Assembly: GCA_965287045.1 (NCBI GenBank)
Contig: OZ336887.1
Location: forward strand, 22,692,001 to 22,756,000
DNA: 64,000 nucleotides
Reading direction: 5' to 3'
DNA from: Carcharhinus amblyrhynchos
Taxonomy: Eukaryota
In this document: piece after piece, positions 50,170-63,869 of the stretch
How positions within the stretch are numbered: the first letter of the stretch is position 1
Layout of the letters: every line of letters begins with the position of its first letter
The notes under the pieces: model-generated
Seen by the model: only the letters and a program-made list of their open reading frames with translations
What the model was told of the DNA's origin: nothing
The model's database searches: none
Position numbers and translations under genes: made by a program

Positions 50170-50175
50170 AATAAA
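50170..50175 (+). terminator. Intronic poly(A) signal of RBBP6 short isoform
   Basis: AATAAA preceded by seven TGTA motifs (49862, 49950, 49987, 50019, 50035, 50047, 50140) and followed by CA and a T-rich tract; further AATAAA at 50708 and 50730. Confidence 0.65.
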
Positions 50176-53007
50176 GAATGTTTGAAGTGTATTATCTTCC
50201 ATTTCACATTGTATCACTCAACTTTTTATGATTTAATAGTTATGAAACAGGTTTCTTTACACTATGATAAGGCACATGACAAATCCACTTTAGACTCTAG
50301 CACTTTTTGGATATGAAGCAGCTGTTGAATTTGTGCAGTTCTAACACTTTCTTCCTCTAACTTTTTTCCATAACAGCACTTTTTCTTAAACTTTGAGCTC
50401 AAACAAACTAAAATTTGACAAATATCACTAAATAACAGGAATATTCAATCCTTCTGTTAATTTTCTTTTTCTGGTTACAGAACTTTGCAAATAATGGAAG
50501 TCAGTAGGCTTTTGTGGTGCTACTTAAACTGGTATATTTTTATGTCTGTATTGGTAATAAACTATTCCATACCGTATGTACATGATTTTTCAGTTGCACA
50601 CCACAGAAATCCCCTGATTTGTCAATTTAAAGTTTAATTCTGGCTGTTTTGACCTTCTGTGTTACCTTCTGAAGTAAAAGTTGAATACCTTTTGTTTGAG
50701 CCCTTTTAATAAAATGTATTTCCCAAAAAAATAAACTTTCATGTTATGTGCTAATGAGGCATACTAAGAATTTGAATGTCAACTTAATTATGGATGTAGC
50801 CAGTTAATATCAACACTAAATGTTTGGTATGGTTTTGAATCTCCACATTTAGAAAAATTGAAAAGTAGCTTGCAAATTCTGTTTAATTCTCCTCATGTCC
50901 ATAAAACTGCTTTTGTGGGCTTGTTCTGCATTTTTGGAAGGTACAACGTAGCTGAAAGAGACTGTTGAAAGAGCTGGTCTCTACCATGCCATCCACCTTG
51001 TTAAAACAGATATCAGTCCAATTTACAGTAAAAATGACAGGCTTTCTGTTACAGCCCATGTAAATTCCTGATTATAGAATGAAGCCTTTTCTGTCTTTTA
51101 CTGTGCTGAGAATTGATGCTGCTTTTTTTTTAAGAGGCTTAGCTATGTGCTTCTGTTTTAGAAGTACCTAGCATCTACTTATGAATGTGCTTTAAACATC
51201 AATAAATTATAGCTAAGGGTTAAATGAATTCTACCTTGGGGGTGGTGAGAGGTGGATTGTGCAGTATGAATAACGGAAGTTACATACAAATTGCAGAGAG
51301 ATTTCTGAGCTCTGTATATGTCAAATGATTTCCACAGATTCTGATCATGACCTTGATCAAGATGCAGTGAGGTTGTGTTTTAACAAATTTGTGACCTGGC
51401 TGGTCAGAGCAATGGATGCTGACATTTCTTTTAAAAATCAAGAGATGTAGTTAGTGTGAAAAAGCAGAATCAGCTCCGTTAAGTGATCTTTATCCACTGA
51501 CTGTATAAGCAGATGGGTGCAGTTGTCTCCATTATAGGTATGAAAAGAAAAATGGCCTAAAATGATTAACCATGATGAAGTATTCTAATGAGTTCCCATA
51601 TTCTTAGCCCTCCTGCCACAAAACAAGTGATAGTGTAGGTAACCTTATCAAATAGAAGTGTAGATTCTTGACGCACTGTCACAAAAAACAGATGACATTT
51701 TGGCATTTATATAGCTTATCTTGTTGAGTCTTGAAAGGAGTTTTTGAAGCGAGGTGACTGTTGAGAATGCCACTGCAACAGCCATTTTAGAACAACGTCC
51801 ACAAACAGCACCAGAATGAATGACCGATGATTTTTTTAAATTGATGGTTGAAGGAGAAATGTTGGTTAGGATCTGAACTCCCTATTCTTAATTGTGTCTT
51901 GCAATCTTCAAGTATTTGCCTCAATCACTGGAGCAGGTACCTTGCTTTAATATTTTATCTGAAGGATACGATCTAAACACAAAATTAAAAATTAGACTAC
52001 CTCACAAAGGACCAGCTGCTCATTTTTAACGTTAACACAATTCACAAAAGAATGGATGAAGTAGTATTGAAATCACTCTGGACTGACAATGTTACAGGTT
52101 GCTCTGGTATTTGACTAAAATCATTGAGAATGAACATGGTAAGCCCTCTGCGATCTTGAGTTTGGAACATTTGTTCCATTTAATTCTATTGACAGTAACT
52201 CTTTGGCTAAGAATGGGGAGAAAGTAACCTTACACATTACTGCACTTCCATGTTTGGAAGTGCGCTGGATGCACACTTAAACACAAGAACAGGTTTGCAT
52301 TTATCAAATTTGGAAGTCGTCTTTTGCACTAATAATGAGGTACCTAATGCTTTGCATTAAGCAATGTAAATCAGCCAAGTGGAAATTTAGTGTTTAAAAA
52401 ATTGATCGGATAATTTGAGTGTCGATTGTATGCAGATTTTTGCAGTTTGTAACAATCTTAAAATGGCTTTAATCTCAAAGAAAGGACTGGCCATTGAGAA
52501 GTTTATCATGGACTCTTCTACTTAAACTAAAATATTAGGATAACAAATTTATACAATAGTTTAAACCTTTGATCATAATCTATCATGTAACTTAATTCAT
52601 TAGCTTGCCTTGTACCACAATTGACTTTTTGTATAAATACTGTACTGAATGTCTAAACTACTTAGTGCTGTAATTATAGAGCATGCCCTCAGTAATAAAT
52701 GATAATTGCTAAATATCTGACTACTTGATATTTTGTAGCAGTAGGGTATTAATGGTGTACTTTGATACTCTTAATTTTCCCCTAATCTGACAACATTTAT
52801 CTTTAGCTATTGGACATGTCAGGTTTCCCATTTATATTTCAACATTCATAATGCTAATATTCAGTAACTGCCACTCAATAATGTTTAACTCATTTGTCAC
52901 ATAGTTATTCCACTGTTTTCCATTTTGATTGTCTTAATCTGTTTCTCTTTATTCACATTTTCTGCTGTTTTTGAATTCATAGTTTTCCTTCATTCTGTTT
53001 TGTCAAG

Positions 53008-53097
53008 TTTTATCCTTTTGCTCATGGAAGCAGCAAGGGAAGGCAAGAGAAAGAGGTTACAGACCTAGTTACCAGACTGCAGGGAAAGCTAAGCGAG
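53008..53097 (+). CDS. Candidate alternative RBBP6 exon in intron 3
   Basis: Pyrimidine tract plus tcaag| acceptor, 90 nt stop-free phase-0 frame FYPFAHGSSKGRQEKEVTDLVTRLQGKLSE, donor GAG|GTCAGT, in frame with exon 4. The 5' boundary is uncertain. Confidence 0.4.
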
Positions 53098-56000
53098 GTC
53101 AGTGTTTAGCTGTGGTAATGGGATATACAAACATACTAAGTAGGATTTTTATAGTATAAACAGAAAAGATAGATGGGTTTCACTGCAAGAAAGAAAGTTT
53201 TTAAATCCTCATTTAAGACCTCATCTATTTTTTAAAAAACAAATGTTTCATGCCATTACCCACATGCAAGCCTTTTATTATCTTTTAATTCATGTGCTAT
53301 TCCATTTACAAACTGCTTCCTGCCAACTCATTTTACTTCCTGAAACTTAAATCATTAATGTATATTTTTTAAAGAAGTGTTAAAAATGTTATGAAACTGG
53401 TGAAATTTGATACTTCATCTAAACCCCTAAAGTATTCCATTAACATGTGACATTCCCCCACTCTTTGTTTGGCTTCTTGTTTTTAATTGGCTGTAAGGTG
53501 GTACAAAAGAGTAGTGTGGTAGCTTTTCTTTCAGCAGGCACTCTGCCTCTGCTTAGTGTCCGTCAACAGGAATATGCATATGACAGACAAATCAGCAGTA
53601 ACAGCCATCAATGCACAAAGCCCATGTCATGCTTCTTAGTAGTGTGGAACTTAGCACCCTCATGTTCCATTGACAATGCTATTGTCATAGGCTAAGTTCT
53701 TAAAATCTGAAGATGTGCACATTAGCGATGGCAAAAGATTCAGTAAATTAACTATCAGTTACTAAACAGTTGGTCAATATATAAACTGCTTAAACTCTGC
53801 CACTTGAAAAGGCTCTTTTAATCTCTCATCTCAGTAAAGAAATAAATAAATTTATATATCCACTTTCAGTTCTTGGAGCACCTGTGTTTAGATCCAATTA
53901 ATTAACTTGCGTGTAGACACTGATCCATAGGGTAAATGCAAGACCCAATTTACACACAGCACAGTCCCACAAAATTTTAACTTGAGTGACCAAATACTCT
54001 GATATTGATAGTGGAGGAAATGTTGACCAAAACGCCTGAAAGTGTCCTGCTTTTGAATGGCACTGTGGAGTATTTTTGCATCCATCTCCATGTGAATTTC
54101 TTGTATGTATTCTTTGCAGGCAGAATTCTGCAATCTTTATTCATCTCAAAACTATTAGCCCTCAAAACTTTGAAGTTTTTTTGGGATGTTGATTTTAACA
54201 GGGCAATAGGCCTGTTGTGCTATCATTTGGTCTTCAAGATTGAATTGCTGAGGCCTGAAGCCATTCTTTTCAGTTCTATTGTATGCAAAATTTTAAATAT
54301 TCAAGTACCATGTACCAGAGGAAACTTGCTTCTCCAATCACTTTTGAGATAGTGTAGCTGGTCCAAATAGCTAAATGACTCAGTGTGGGTTAGATGATAC
54401 TGTAAATGGCTGGCTGAATTGGAGCATTTTAGGTGGTCTTAGAAATAAATTATTTTAGGCAACTAGAAATGAGCTGCCTGATTTGAAATCCAGGTTTCAA
54501 ATTTGATGTGTTTGCTAACTTTTGGAATCCGTGGCTTGATGACACTCCAGTAGCAATTGGCAATCTTACCTATGTGGGGCAGGTGTTTAACTGATTTTTC
54601 AGTAGCAGCCAATGCATTCCATATCCACAATATATGACATTGCAATAATAGGAATAATGCAGATTGTTGAGCTAAATCTACTGAATTATCAGGCATTTAC
54701 ATATTCAGTATAAAGGCACTAAAAATGTTTAATTTCCTATTTACGTGCAATGGTCGCAGTTATGTTACAGCCTTGCACTGTTCCCCAAGCCAGCCACTGA
54801 ACCTAAAATCAATATTGAGTAGCTTGTAAGTTGAGTACCATTTATAGAGAGATTGTATTCTAAGTAATTCATTAGGGTTTAATATAATTTATCAAGACTT
54901 TGGTTGACTGAAATTGTTGGTTTACTCTGGAATGAAGAATTGAATGGATTATACTGCATAGAATTATCACTATATGCTTGCACAACTGACCAAAAGTTAC
55001 GTGCTACAGAGTAATTAAGTATTTTTTTATCCCAAGCTGTCCTTTTTTTTAAAATATGTCTAAGCACTGTACAGCTGGATAAATAGTTTACCCACTGCTC
55101 ATCAACAAGCCATCATGGAAATATTTAAAATGTACGCAAGGTAGAATTCGCTTGTGTCTGTGGTGGGGTGGGGATGGTAGTTGTGGGCAATTCGTTTCCA
55201 CGTGGCCAGTTAGTGTCTATAAAGATTTTTTTAAAAATCATCAATGTCAGCCTTATGACCTTTAACAGTAAATCCTAGGCTGCTCAGTTACATGCCTGGA
55301 AAACCATTGAACTAGCATAATATGAACATGGTTATAAAAATGGCTTTTGTGCAGCAAAAATTGAATAAAGCCACAGGCAAGTTTTGAAATTGCTTCTAAC
55401 TTGTAAATTTTTTTTCTGACAGTAGCAAGGTTTCCAAGTTAAGCGGAGGATTTTCCCTTTCAAATATCAGAACTTTTTTTAATCTTTGAAGCCTTGAGTA
55501 CAGTACTTGAGCACAAAACAGAATAGAGAAACATAACAGTTTTGAGGTGAGGAGAATATCTCCTTTGGCCATTACTCTCAGCGTAGTTATATTAAGATCC
55601 TTCTTGTTCAATTTGCCTAAATAAATCTTTTTTAAAAACAGTATAGTTTACCCAACTTTTCATTTTGCAAATGTAATGAATGCCATTATTCTTGCAAGTG
55701 TGGTTGACTCCCATTTCCTGAACACTTTTCTGTAGCTGTGACTTTTCTGTTCACACACTTATAAAGACACTGTTTGAGAACTTGTCTTACCTGTTGAATA
55801 TTGTGTTATTCTTCATTGTTTAAACTTGGCTGCTACCAGATTTTTCTCAATTTTATATTCACTTTCAGTAACTCATTTTGACACACTCTAAAGTTGCTTT
55901 TATAACCATGCTGCAATGGCAGTCTCCAACAGATAAATTTCATGTAGCAAGCAGCAACTTGAGGTAAATATGTTGGGATTAGTAAATCAGACTTCCTGTT

Positions 56001-58399
56001 GCTGCTTTTGAAAATTCCAAAAACACCGACTGCAGCAGTTGCGCGCACATTGTATATCAGAACCCAGTGATATACATTTGGGCAGCACGTTGTATGAAAG
56101 TAGCTCTAGTAAAACTATTTGCTTAAAAGGCGGCGGTGGGGGGGGAGGAAGAGAACTCCTCCCTTATCTTTGTGAAGGCTATAATGTTCTCCCAATGCAA
56201 TCTAATTTTTGTGTAGGTAAAATGACAGGGGCAACCCTATGTGAATATTAGGCCATAAGCAGTTTTTTTGAGTACAGTGATGCTCTAAATGTTGTCTATT
56301 GTGTGGTTCCAATACAATTTAGAGTTTAATTACCCATCAACAGTGTTACATATGTTACTAATGCTGGATAAGAATGCTAGCCAGAGATGTAAACCAACAA
56401 GTCTTCTCGTGGTATTGTTAACACTTGAGTTGCAAGTGATGATGAACAGCTTTGTTTAGAGGTTGGGTAGTATTTTGAGGAGGTGGATGAGATGGGGGCA
56501 AGGAGTGTCACAATTGGATAATTCTATTCATTTTAGGTGAGCAGTGGAATGTCATTTACGCCATATTAACAATGTGCCCTCAGTACAGTTTGAAGTATAA
56601 ATGAGGTATAGAATAAAAATCCCTCTGTGCTGTCCCAGCAAGATACTCAATCCTGCTGTTACATATGTGAGCCCTCAGTATCACCTTTTTATATGTCTCT
56701 TGTTAATCTGGGAGAAGCGCATGCATTAGTAAATGGTGCTCAAATTTGGAAAATTGTTGAGGGGATGTGGCCCTTTTTATTTCCATCAAGTGGATTCGGA
56801 TCACTTGGACTGGAGTTGAAATATTGGATCAAAACCATTCAACAGCATTAACAGATCTGTGTTTGCTTTTGTCCTTGAATTCCAAGCCCAAGGAGGAAAC
56901 TAACCTAAACCCTATAAAAGCTGTTTAAGTCCAACAAAGAGGAGCTTTCATGTGAAATTCCTGTACAGTATATGCATCCTTAATTACTACATTGTCATGG
57001 TACTTGGGGAGTTGTGTTGTGAATAATAGGATTTGATTGCCAGTTATCAACTGTCACTGTTCCTTTAAGTGAATGAAACAGAATTGCACAGAAAAGGAGT
57101 CTGGAATATCTTTTACCACATTTGTATCAATGTATCCAGAACTTATACAAAGCTTTTTAAGCTCTGACTGGGGTTTTTCACTACCCTGTATATGTCCTAG
57201 TTCAAAAAAATACTTTTTTTGAGGAGTGGGAAAAATTTGCTTTTGTCAATCCACATAATTTCAGTTGGGTGTATACACAGTCCACTATTTTAAACACAAT
57301 CATAGAAATTGGCTGCCCTGAAACCACCAATTCGAGCTATTAAGTCCTTGTGGAATGTTTTTCTGTGAGGCAGCTCATCCAAATCCACTTTCCTCACTCT
57401 GCATACCCTTTTTTTTCGAACTACTATCTAAATCTTTTAAGAGAATTTGTAGACTTTGCTACAGCAATGGTTGATGGCCACTCTCTACCATCCCTATATG
57501 TAAATTGTACTAATTTTTTAAAATGTTCTCCCTCGTAGCCATCTCTGTAATGCATAGAAACACTGACTTTTAATTCATTGTCCTGAAGTATTCTACCAAA
57601 TCTGTCCTTCAAGTTTGAGGTCTGGGGGAAAATTAATTTACTTCAATTTTCTCAGGGCAGTTATCTGGGTAACTTCCTTGTGCACTTTTGCTATACACCC
57701 ATTTTATTCTTTGTGAATCCTTCCTATATTTGGATATCCAAAACTGGGTGAGAATTGTTGTAAAGAGCTGTTCTTTGCCCTGTTGTCTGAATAAACCCAA
57801 GGCTAAGATTTCTTCAAATCAAAAAATAGTCAAAGTTCAAATTTTAAGTTTATACGTGACCCTCGAAACTCTTTTCTATGTACCTTTTGTAGTTCACAGA
57901 GACCAAACCTTGGGAGCCCCTGATGCAGGACTTAATGAAGCATCGATCCAAATTAAGTTAGAAATGATTGAAAATTGAGACAGAATGTTCTCTCCACAGA
58001 TGCTGTCAGACCTGCTGAGATTTTCCAGCATTTTCTGTTTTTGTTTCAGATACCAGCATCTCCTTAATTTACTTTCATGTTAAAAACAATTCTGATTTAA
58101 GTTCAACTTTGAATTTCATTGCACAAATTAACAAGTGCTGGAATTGAAAGCTGTTTTGTGGGTTTTTGCCTACTCCCACTTAGTCAATTAATACATTCCT
58201 TAGTTATCATCGTAGTAAGCTTTTGTTTTGCTAAACGCTGGAGATGGAGAAAGCAATGACAACAAAGCATTTTTGCAAAAATTGGTCCTCTTCTAAAATG
58301 TTCCCATGGTTGTAAATGGAATCCAAGGGTGCAACATGAGTTAAAATTTCCTTTCCATAATAAATGCATACATATCTTCCATGAGTGTACCCTGTTAAC

Positions 58400-59160
58400 C
58401 TTTACAGGAATACTGGCAGATTAGATTAAAAATATGGCTGAATGGCAGGAAACAGGATACTGGTGAACAGTTTTTCCAGGCAGGAGGAATGTTGCAATTG
58501 ATTCACATTAATGACCTAGACTTGGATCTATGGAGCACATTTGCACAATTTGCAGATGAGGCAAAACTTGTAAGTATTGTGAATTGTAAGGAGGTTAGTG
58601 ATAGACTTGGAGAGAACAGACTTGTGAATGGGTGCAAGATGAAATTCAATGCAAAGAAGTGTGAAGTGATGTATTTTGATAGAAAGAATGGAAGAGGCAA
58701 TCTAACAGCACAATTCAAAAGGAATGCAGGAACAGAAAGATCTGGGATATATGCGCACAAATTGTTAAAAGGTGGCAGGATAGCTAAGAGGCATATGGGA
58801 TACTGCACTTACTAAACTAAAGCATAACTTGTAGGAGAAATTATGCTCTGATATACCTTTATAAAAGACTGCTTCAGGTTCAACTTCAACTAGAAATTCT
58901 GGGCACTATACTTCTGGCAGGATGTGAAGGCTTTACAGCAGGTGCAAAAAAGATTTACAAAAATAAATGTAATTAGGTGAGAGACTTTAGTTATGAGAAT
59001 AGATTGCAGAAGCTGGAGGCTTTCTTCTTCGAACAAAATTGATTGTCAGCACTGAGATAGAAACTGTTCCCATTGGAAAAGTCAAGAACCTGAGGACATT
59101 AATTTAAGATGAATAGAAAAAGAACTAACAACATGAGGAAAATATTTTTACAGAGAATTT
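58400..59160 (+). mobile_element. Old CR1 RT/3' fragment
   Basis: INDLDL..FADEAKL..MKFNAKKCEVMYF. Confidence 0.8.
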
Positions 59161-60440
59161 GTAATGTCACATACACCAATTGGTAATGATACAACGACTT
59201 CTATTTTTGCTCCAGAGTTAGTGCTGCCACTGCAAAAGAACACAATTGATTACAAAAATATTTATTCTTCATTCCAGAGAAGGCATTTGCGATGTACTCA
59301 TTCTGTTGCTATTAACACAAAGGACATACTCTTCCCTCATAATCTGTGAACAAGATCACAGAACATTGACTTGTACTGAATTGTGGAATTAGGAAGGCAT
59401 AGTACCAGGAAATGAGTAATGCAGTAGTATCAGGAAACAACATATACAGGACAATACCTGTAGGGTAAATCTGTTCTTTTGTTCAGAGGTCACGCAGCAT
59501 TGTTTTCTATTCAAGTGAATTTGTGTATCATGGCAGAAAAGGCTTTCACTATATTTGAGAAATGGAATGAAGAGAGGAAACATGGTTACTAGTCTGCTGC
59601 ATTGTGCACAATGCAAATTGTGTATTAAGAGCAAGTACCATCCTGAGTAAGCAGCATCCTTGTATACAACTTCCCACTATCAGTGAAGGTTTGTAGGTGT
59701 AGATTATTTGGTTTGTCATACCTTTCCAAGATGCCACCACCTTTCAGCCTCACTTTTGTGATATTTTGGTTATGACAAACTCAATTCATAAATACTTAAT
59801 GATTTTGTAAGTTAAACTTGATGTTACCAAAATATTTGAATTTACTAACTGAAAATTGAGTGATTTCATTGCACTCCATCGATACAAGTATTTGAGGTGA
59901 TTTTGAATTTTGCATTTCTTAAACGCTATTGTCACTGTCACATCCTTAGCAGTTCAAGATTGTGCTCAACACATGGAGCTGATATTTTGCCCCCCACCCA
60001 TATTAACCACAATTTTGGAAACAATGTTTAAACTTGATGCAAGATTATTTTCATTCCTTTTTTTCCTCTCCTCTCATTTCATATACCTTTTCTACAAATA
60101 TTTAAAATCCTTTTGTCAGTTTTGTTCTGTGTTGCAATGGCACTTCTTAGAGTTGAGCTCATACCGTTATTCATCTGTTCATCTATTAAAGTACAGTCTG
60201 AATCCAAAATTTGTATTTAAGAACATTTCATTGTAGTGTGAATTATCTTTGTACTGTTTTCCCATCCCAGCACACACAGACGCAATGCATGTACATTAGT
60301 GATGCACATTATAAAATAATGTCGATTCAGGTGAGTTTGTTACTAAAATTAATAGTGACCAGATTGTCTATTTGGGTTTGAAATGTGTGCCTTATCATGG
60401 TTTAAATGTGAATGTCTGTATTTAATTCTTCCATTAACAG

Positions 60441-60485
60441 ATTGATGACTCTGGAACATCTATCTCTCTGGCCCAGCTTACAAAG
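60441..60485 (+). CDS. RBBP6: RBBP6 coding exon 4
   Basis: cttccattaacag| acceptor, 45 nt, IDDSGTSISLAQLTK, donor AAG|GTAGA; matches recalled human IDDSSASISLAQLTK. The gene continues beyond the window. Confidence 0.95.
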
Positions 60486-63209
60486 GTAGAAAATGTTTCT
60501 TTTTTGCTGTTAGTGGTGTTTTTTTCCCCTGCCAATTGAATCCATTGCAAAGTTTAATTGTATTAAATGTTGCACTAATCTGTAATTGTCCCATATATTA
60601 TCCAATGCAAATTTACATTAATGCATTGTATATTATCATTTTGCATAATGTTGCATATATTCAAGTGCATTTATATTGTCATTAAAAGTATTGTAATTTG
60701 TGTAAAATGTTAGTAACTTGAAACATATACCGAATATCCTGTAAAGAGTGAGTGAAATGGGGAAGATGGAAGGGAGTCCCTCGACAGCCTCACCTAGCTA
60801 CTATAATGCTCGTCTACCTCAGTCAGTCATGAAAATACAGCAAGATAAAACCTTAGCTAATTGCTTTTTTTAAAATCTGGGGTGTGGTGAATGCTAAATG
60901 GGTTATTCTACCTTTGGCTTTGAACATCTCGCCGGTAAAGAAGGCGATAGAAGAACGAAAAAAGCCCAGATCACTGGATATGGTGATTGGTATGAAGGTT
61001 TTTGCCTTTAGCATCATCAAATTCATGTAAGACTGTAAGCATAAAGACTGTTATCTCAGCATTACAGCCAAGAAATGAAAGTTACCTCTGTTGTTGTTGA
61101 TGAAGTATAAATCTTGTGTGTAAGCTTTTCCTGAATTTTATAGCATTGTCTACAGTCAAATAACCATGATTTGAATACGTGTATGCCAATCCCCTGTGTT
61201 GTATTGACCCTTGCATAGCTTAGCATTGACCATGTAAATGTAAAACGCTAAATACAATAAACTATGTTCTCTTAAGACCAGATGTTGGAAAGGGTGTATA
61301 TGGGTGATCATTTGTTTGAACACAGACTATAAACCTATGTGAAATTGGTGTTTTTTTGTTGTTGTTGCTGCGTCTTGGCTAATCTATAGAGAGGGACAAG
61401 TATTAGTCATATTAGTGGATGCTTGTGCCAAGGTGAGAAAAAAAGATGGAGATTCCAGCTACCGCTCATTGTATTTACGTTGCCTTAACTTACTGTACTT
61501 GCCCTCCTGATTGGTAGATCTCCCTGGATCATCTGAACTTAAACCCAATGTAACTATGTCCACAGGAAATGCGTCTTCATTTTAGGGGTGGAAAATTTGT
61601 ATACCTGCAGAACCCCACACACATTCACTGGTATCTGCAATTGATCATTTCTAGATGTGTTTATCTGAAGTGAAATGCTGTTTGGGTTCAAACGAAGTGT
61701 TTTGTGTGAGCGGTACAGTTAAACCTTGATGGGATCAATCTCTTATTTGCTGCATCATGGAATTAAACTTAAATTACTAAATGCATAAAGAATGGATGAG
61801 TGGTGGAATTTTTGCATCTGATGGGTTATTAGTGTTTCACTGGGCATTTTGTTGAATGTTACTCAAGCACTTGAGGTTCATCCACTGAAATAATTGATTT
61901 ATTTGTACAGCATATTGTTTTCCCAGTCCTAGTCATTTCAGGCTATATTTAAATGCAATTTGCGAATTCTGTCTGAAAAGGGCTGCTCAAGAGAATAATC
62001 TCATTCTCAACACAACAGGTCAAATGATCTGATGGGACAGATCACATGTTCAGCAATAAGTAACCTCCCTCTTGTTTACTTTTGTGCATCAATGTCACAT
62101 GTGGCTATCATTTTTTTTAATCCATCTGCGTGGGTGATTTTTTTTTATTGCCTGGAAGAGTAAGAATATTTCATCTTAGCCAGTATTACATCGCCCGTTC
62201 CAGAACCTGGCTCAAATCTGCTGCACCTACAACGAAGGGCTTTTCCTAGCTGTGGCTCGTACTTTGCCTATTCGCTCTTCACACAGGTTCTGCTAAAGTC
62301 CAAGGAGAATTCAAAACGAAGAGTTCCAGTACTGATCAATATTTCATGCAGGAAAACTGGCTAAAATATTCAGAGCTGATATCAAATGCAAAAACTGCCA
62401 CACAACTCCAGATGCCATACAGAAGGAACATGTTTTCAAGACAGACCCTTACCAGCTGACTTAATTGGGTGGTATCAGGGAATATGTTCAAATCATGCTA
62501 TGACTGTGTTTGGGAGCACTCAAGCATAACTATCTCAGCTGTGTATGGAATCTATAACATATTTACAGAAGTTTAAAATATGCTGCACAAAGGTCAAAAG
62601 GCTTGCTTTTCTGAAGGTAAGTGCTGCAGCATATCAACCTCTGGGTCCCTGCCTGGGAAAGACTTCAATCATCCAACAACTGGAAAACTAGATCTTAACT
62701 GAAGCATGCACTCTGAATCTGAGATACTCAAACTGATACTCAAAGAAGCCACAGTTAGTATATCAAGTTGCACACACAGGTTGTTTGAACCAAAGGGAAG
62801 TGAAGGTAATTATGTACCTTAGTCACTTCATACTGTTAACTTAGTTGCCATGTGAACAGACTGCAGGTCTTGAATCTTGATTGAAATTCCTGAACAATGT
62901 GGTGTCTAAATTCCACCTAATTTTTCCATCACTCCAATAACCAGTCTTAATTTGAAATCCTGTTTCAATCATGAGACTTTGAAAGATCCTGATTGCAATT
63001 TGGGGCACAAACCTTTTTAATTGTTTTGAAATTTGGATTAGCCAATGCCTCTAATTTTTCAATTTCTCCCCCATGTCTATTGGTCGTGAGTCTATTTTGT
63101 ACAGTTATGTAATAGAAAGGAAAATAAGTTTTCTATTTTTTCCTCACCAGAATCAGGTTTTCTGGTTAACCAGACATATTCCAAATTGCAGTCCCCTGCC
63201 CTCATATCC

Positions 63210-63766
63210 CCTTTGGTGAGGCCAAATTTAGAGTATTGTGTACAGTTTTGGTCACCTAGTTGCAGGAAGGATGTAAATAAGGTTGAAAGAGTGCAGAGAA
63301 GGTTAACAAGGATGTTGCCGGTACTTGAGAAGCTGGGTTACAGAGAGAGATTGAATAGGTTAGGACTTTATTCCCTGGAGCGTAGAAGAATGAGGGGAGA
63401 TTTGATAGAGGTGTATAAGATTTTGATGGGTATAGATACAGTGAATGCAAGCAGGCTTTTTCCACTGAGACTAGGGGAGAAAAAAACCAGAGGGCATGGG
63501 TTAAGGGTGAAAGAACAGTTTTTAAAGGGAATATTAGGAGGGGCTTCTTCACGCAGAGAGTGGTGGGAGTGTAGAATGAGCTGCTGGATAAAGTGGTAAA
63601 TGCGGGGTCACTTTTAACATTTAAGAAAAACTTCGACAGGTTCATGGATGAGAGGAGTGTGGAGGGATATGGTCCAAGTACAGGTCAGTGGGACTAGGCA
63701 AAAAATGGTTCGGCACAGACAAAGGACAAAAGGCCTGTTCCTGAGCTGTAATTTTCTATGGTTCCA
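63210..63766 (+). mobile_element. Young 5'-truncated CR1 LINE
   Basis: LVRPNLEYCVQFWSP..RRRMRGDLIEVYKI; tail TTCTATGGTTC. Confidence 0.93.
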
Positions 63767-63869
63767 TTTCTCATAGTGGGTGATTCACTGCAAGTTTGAT
63801 TTGTATTACATTTTGTATCAGTAGCTTTTGCATAACCACTGGAATAGAAACTTAGCAACATCAGTATTT

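Noticed and set aside
60734-61520. U12-type intron (ATATCCTG at ~60734, CCTTAAC at ~61484)
   Set aside because: Imperfect consensus, no flanking exons, and branch-point spacing is unconvincing.
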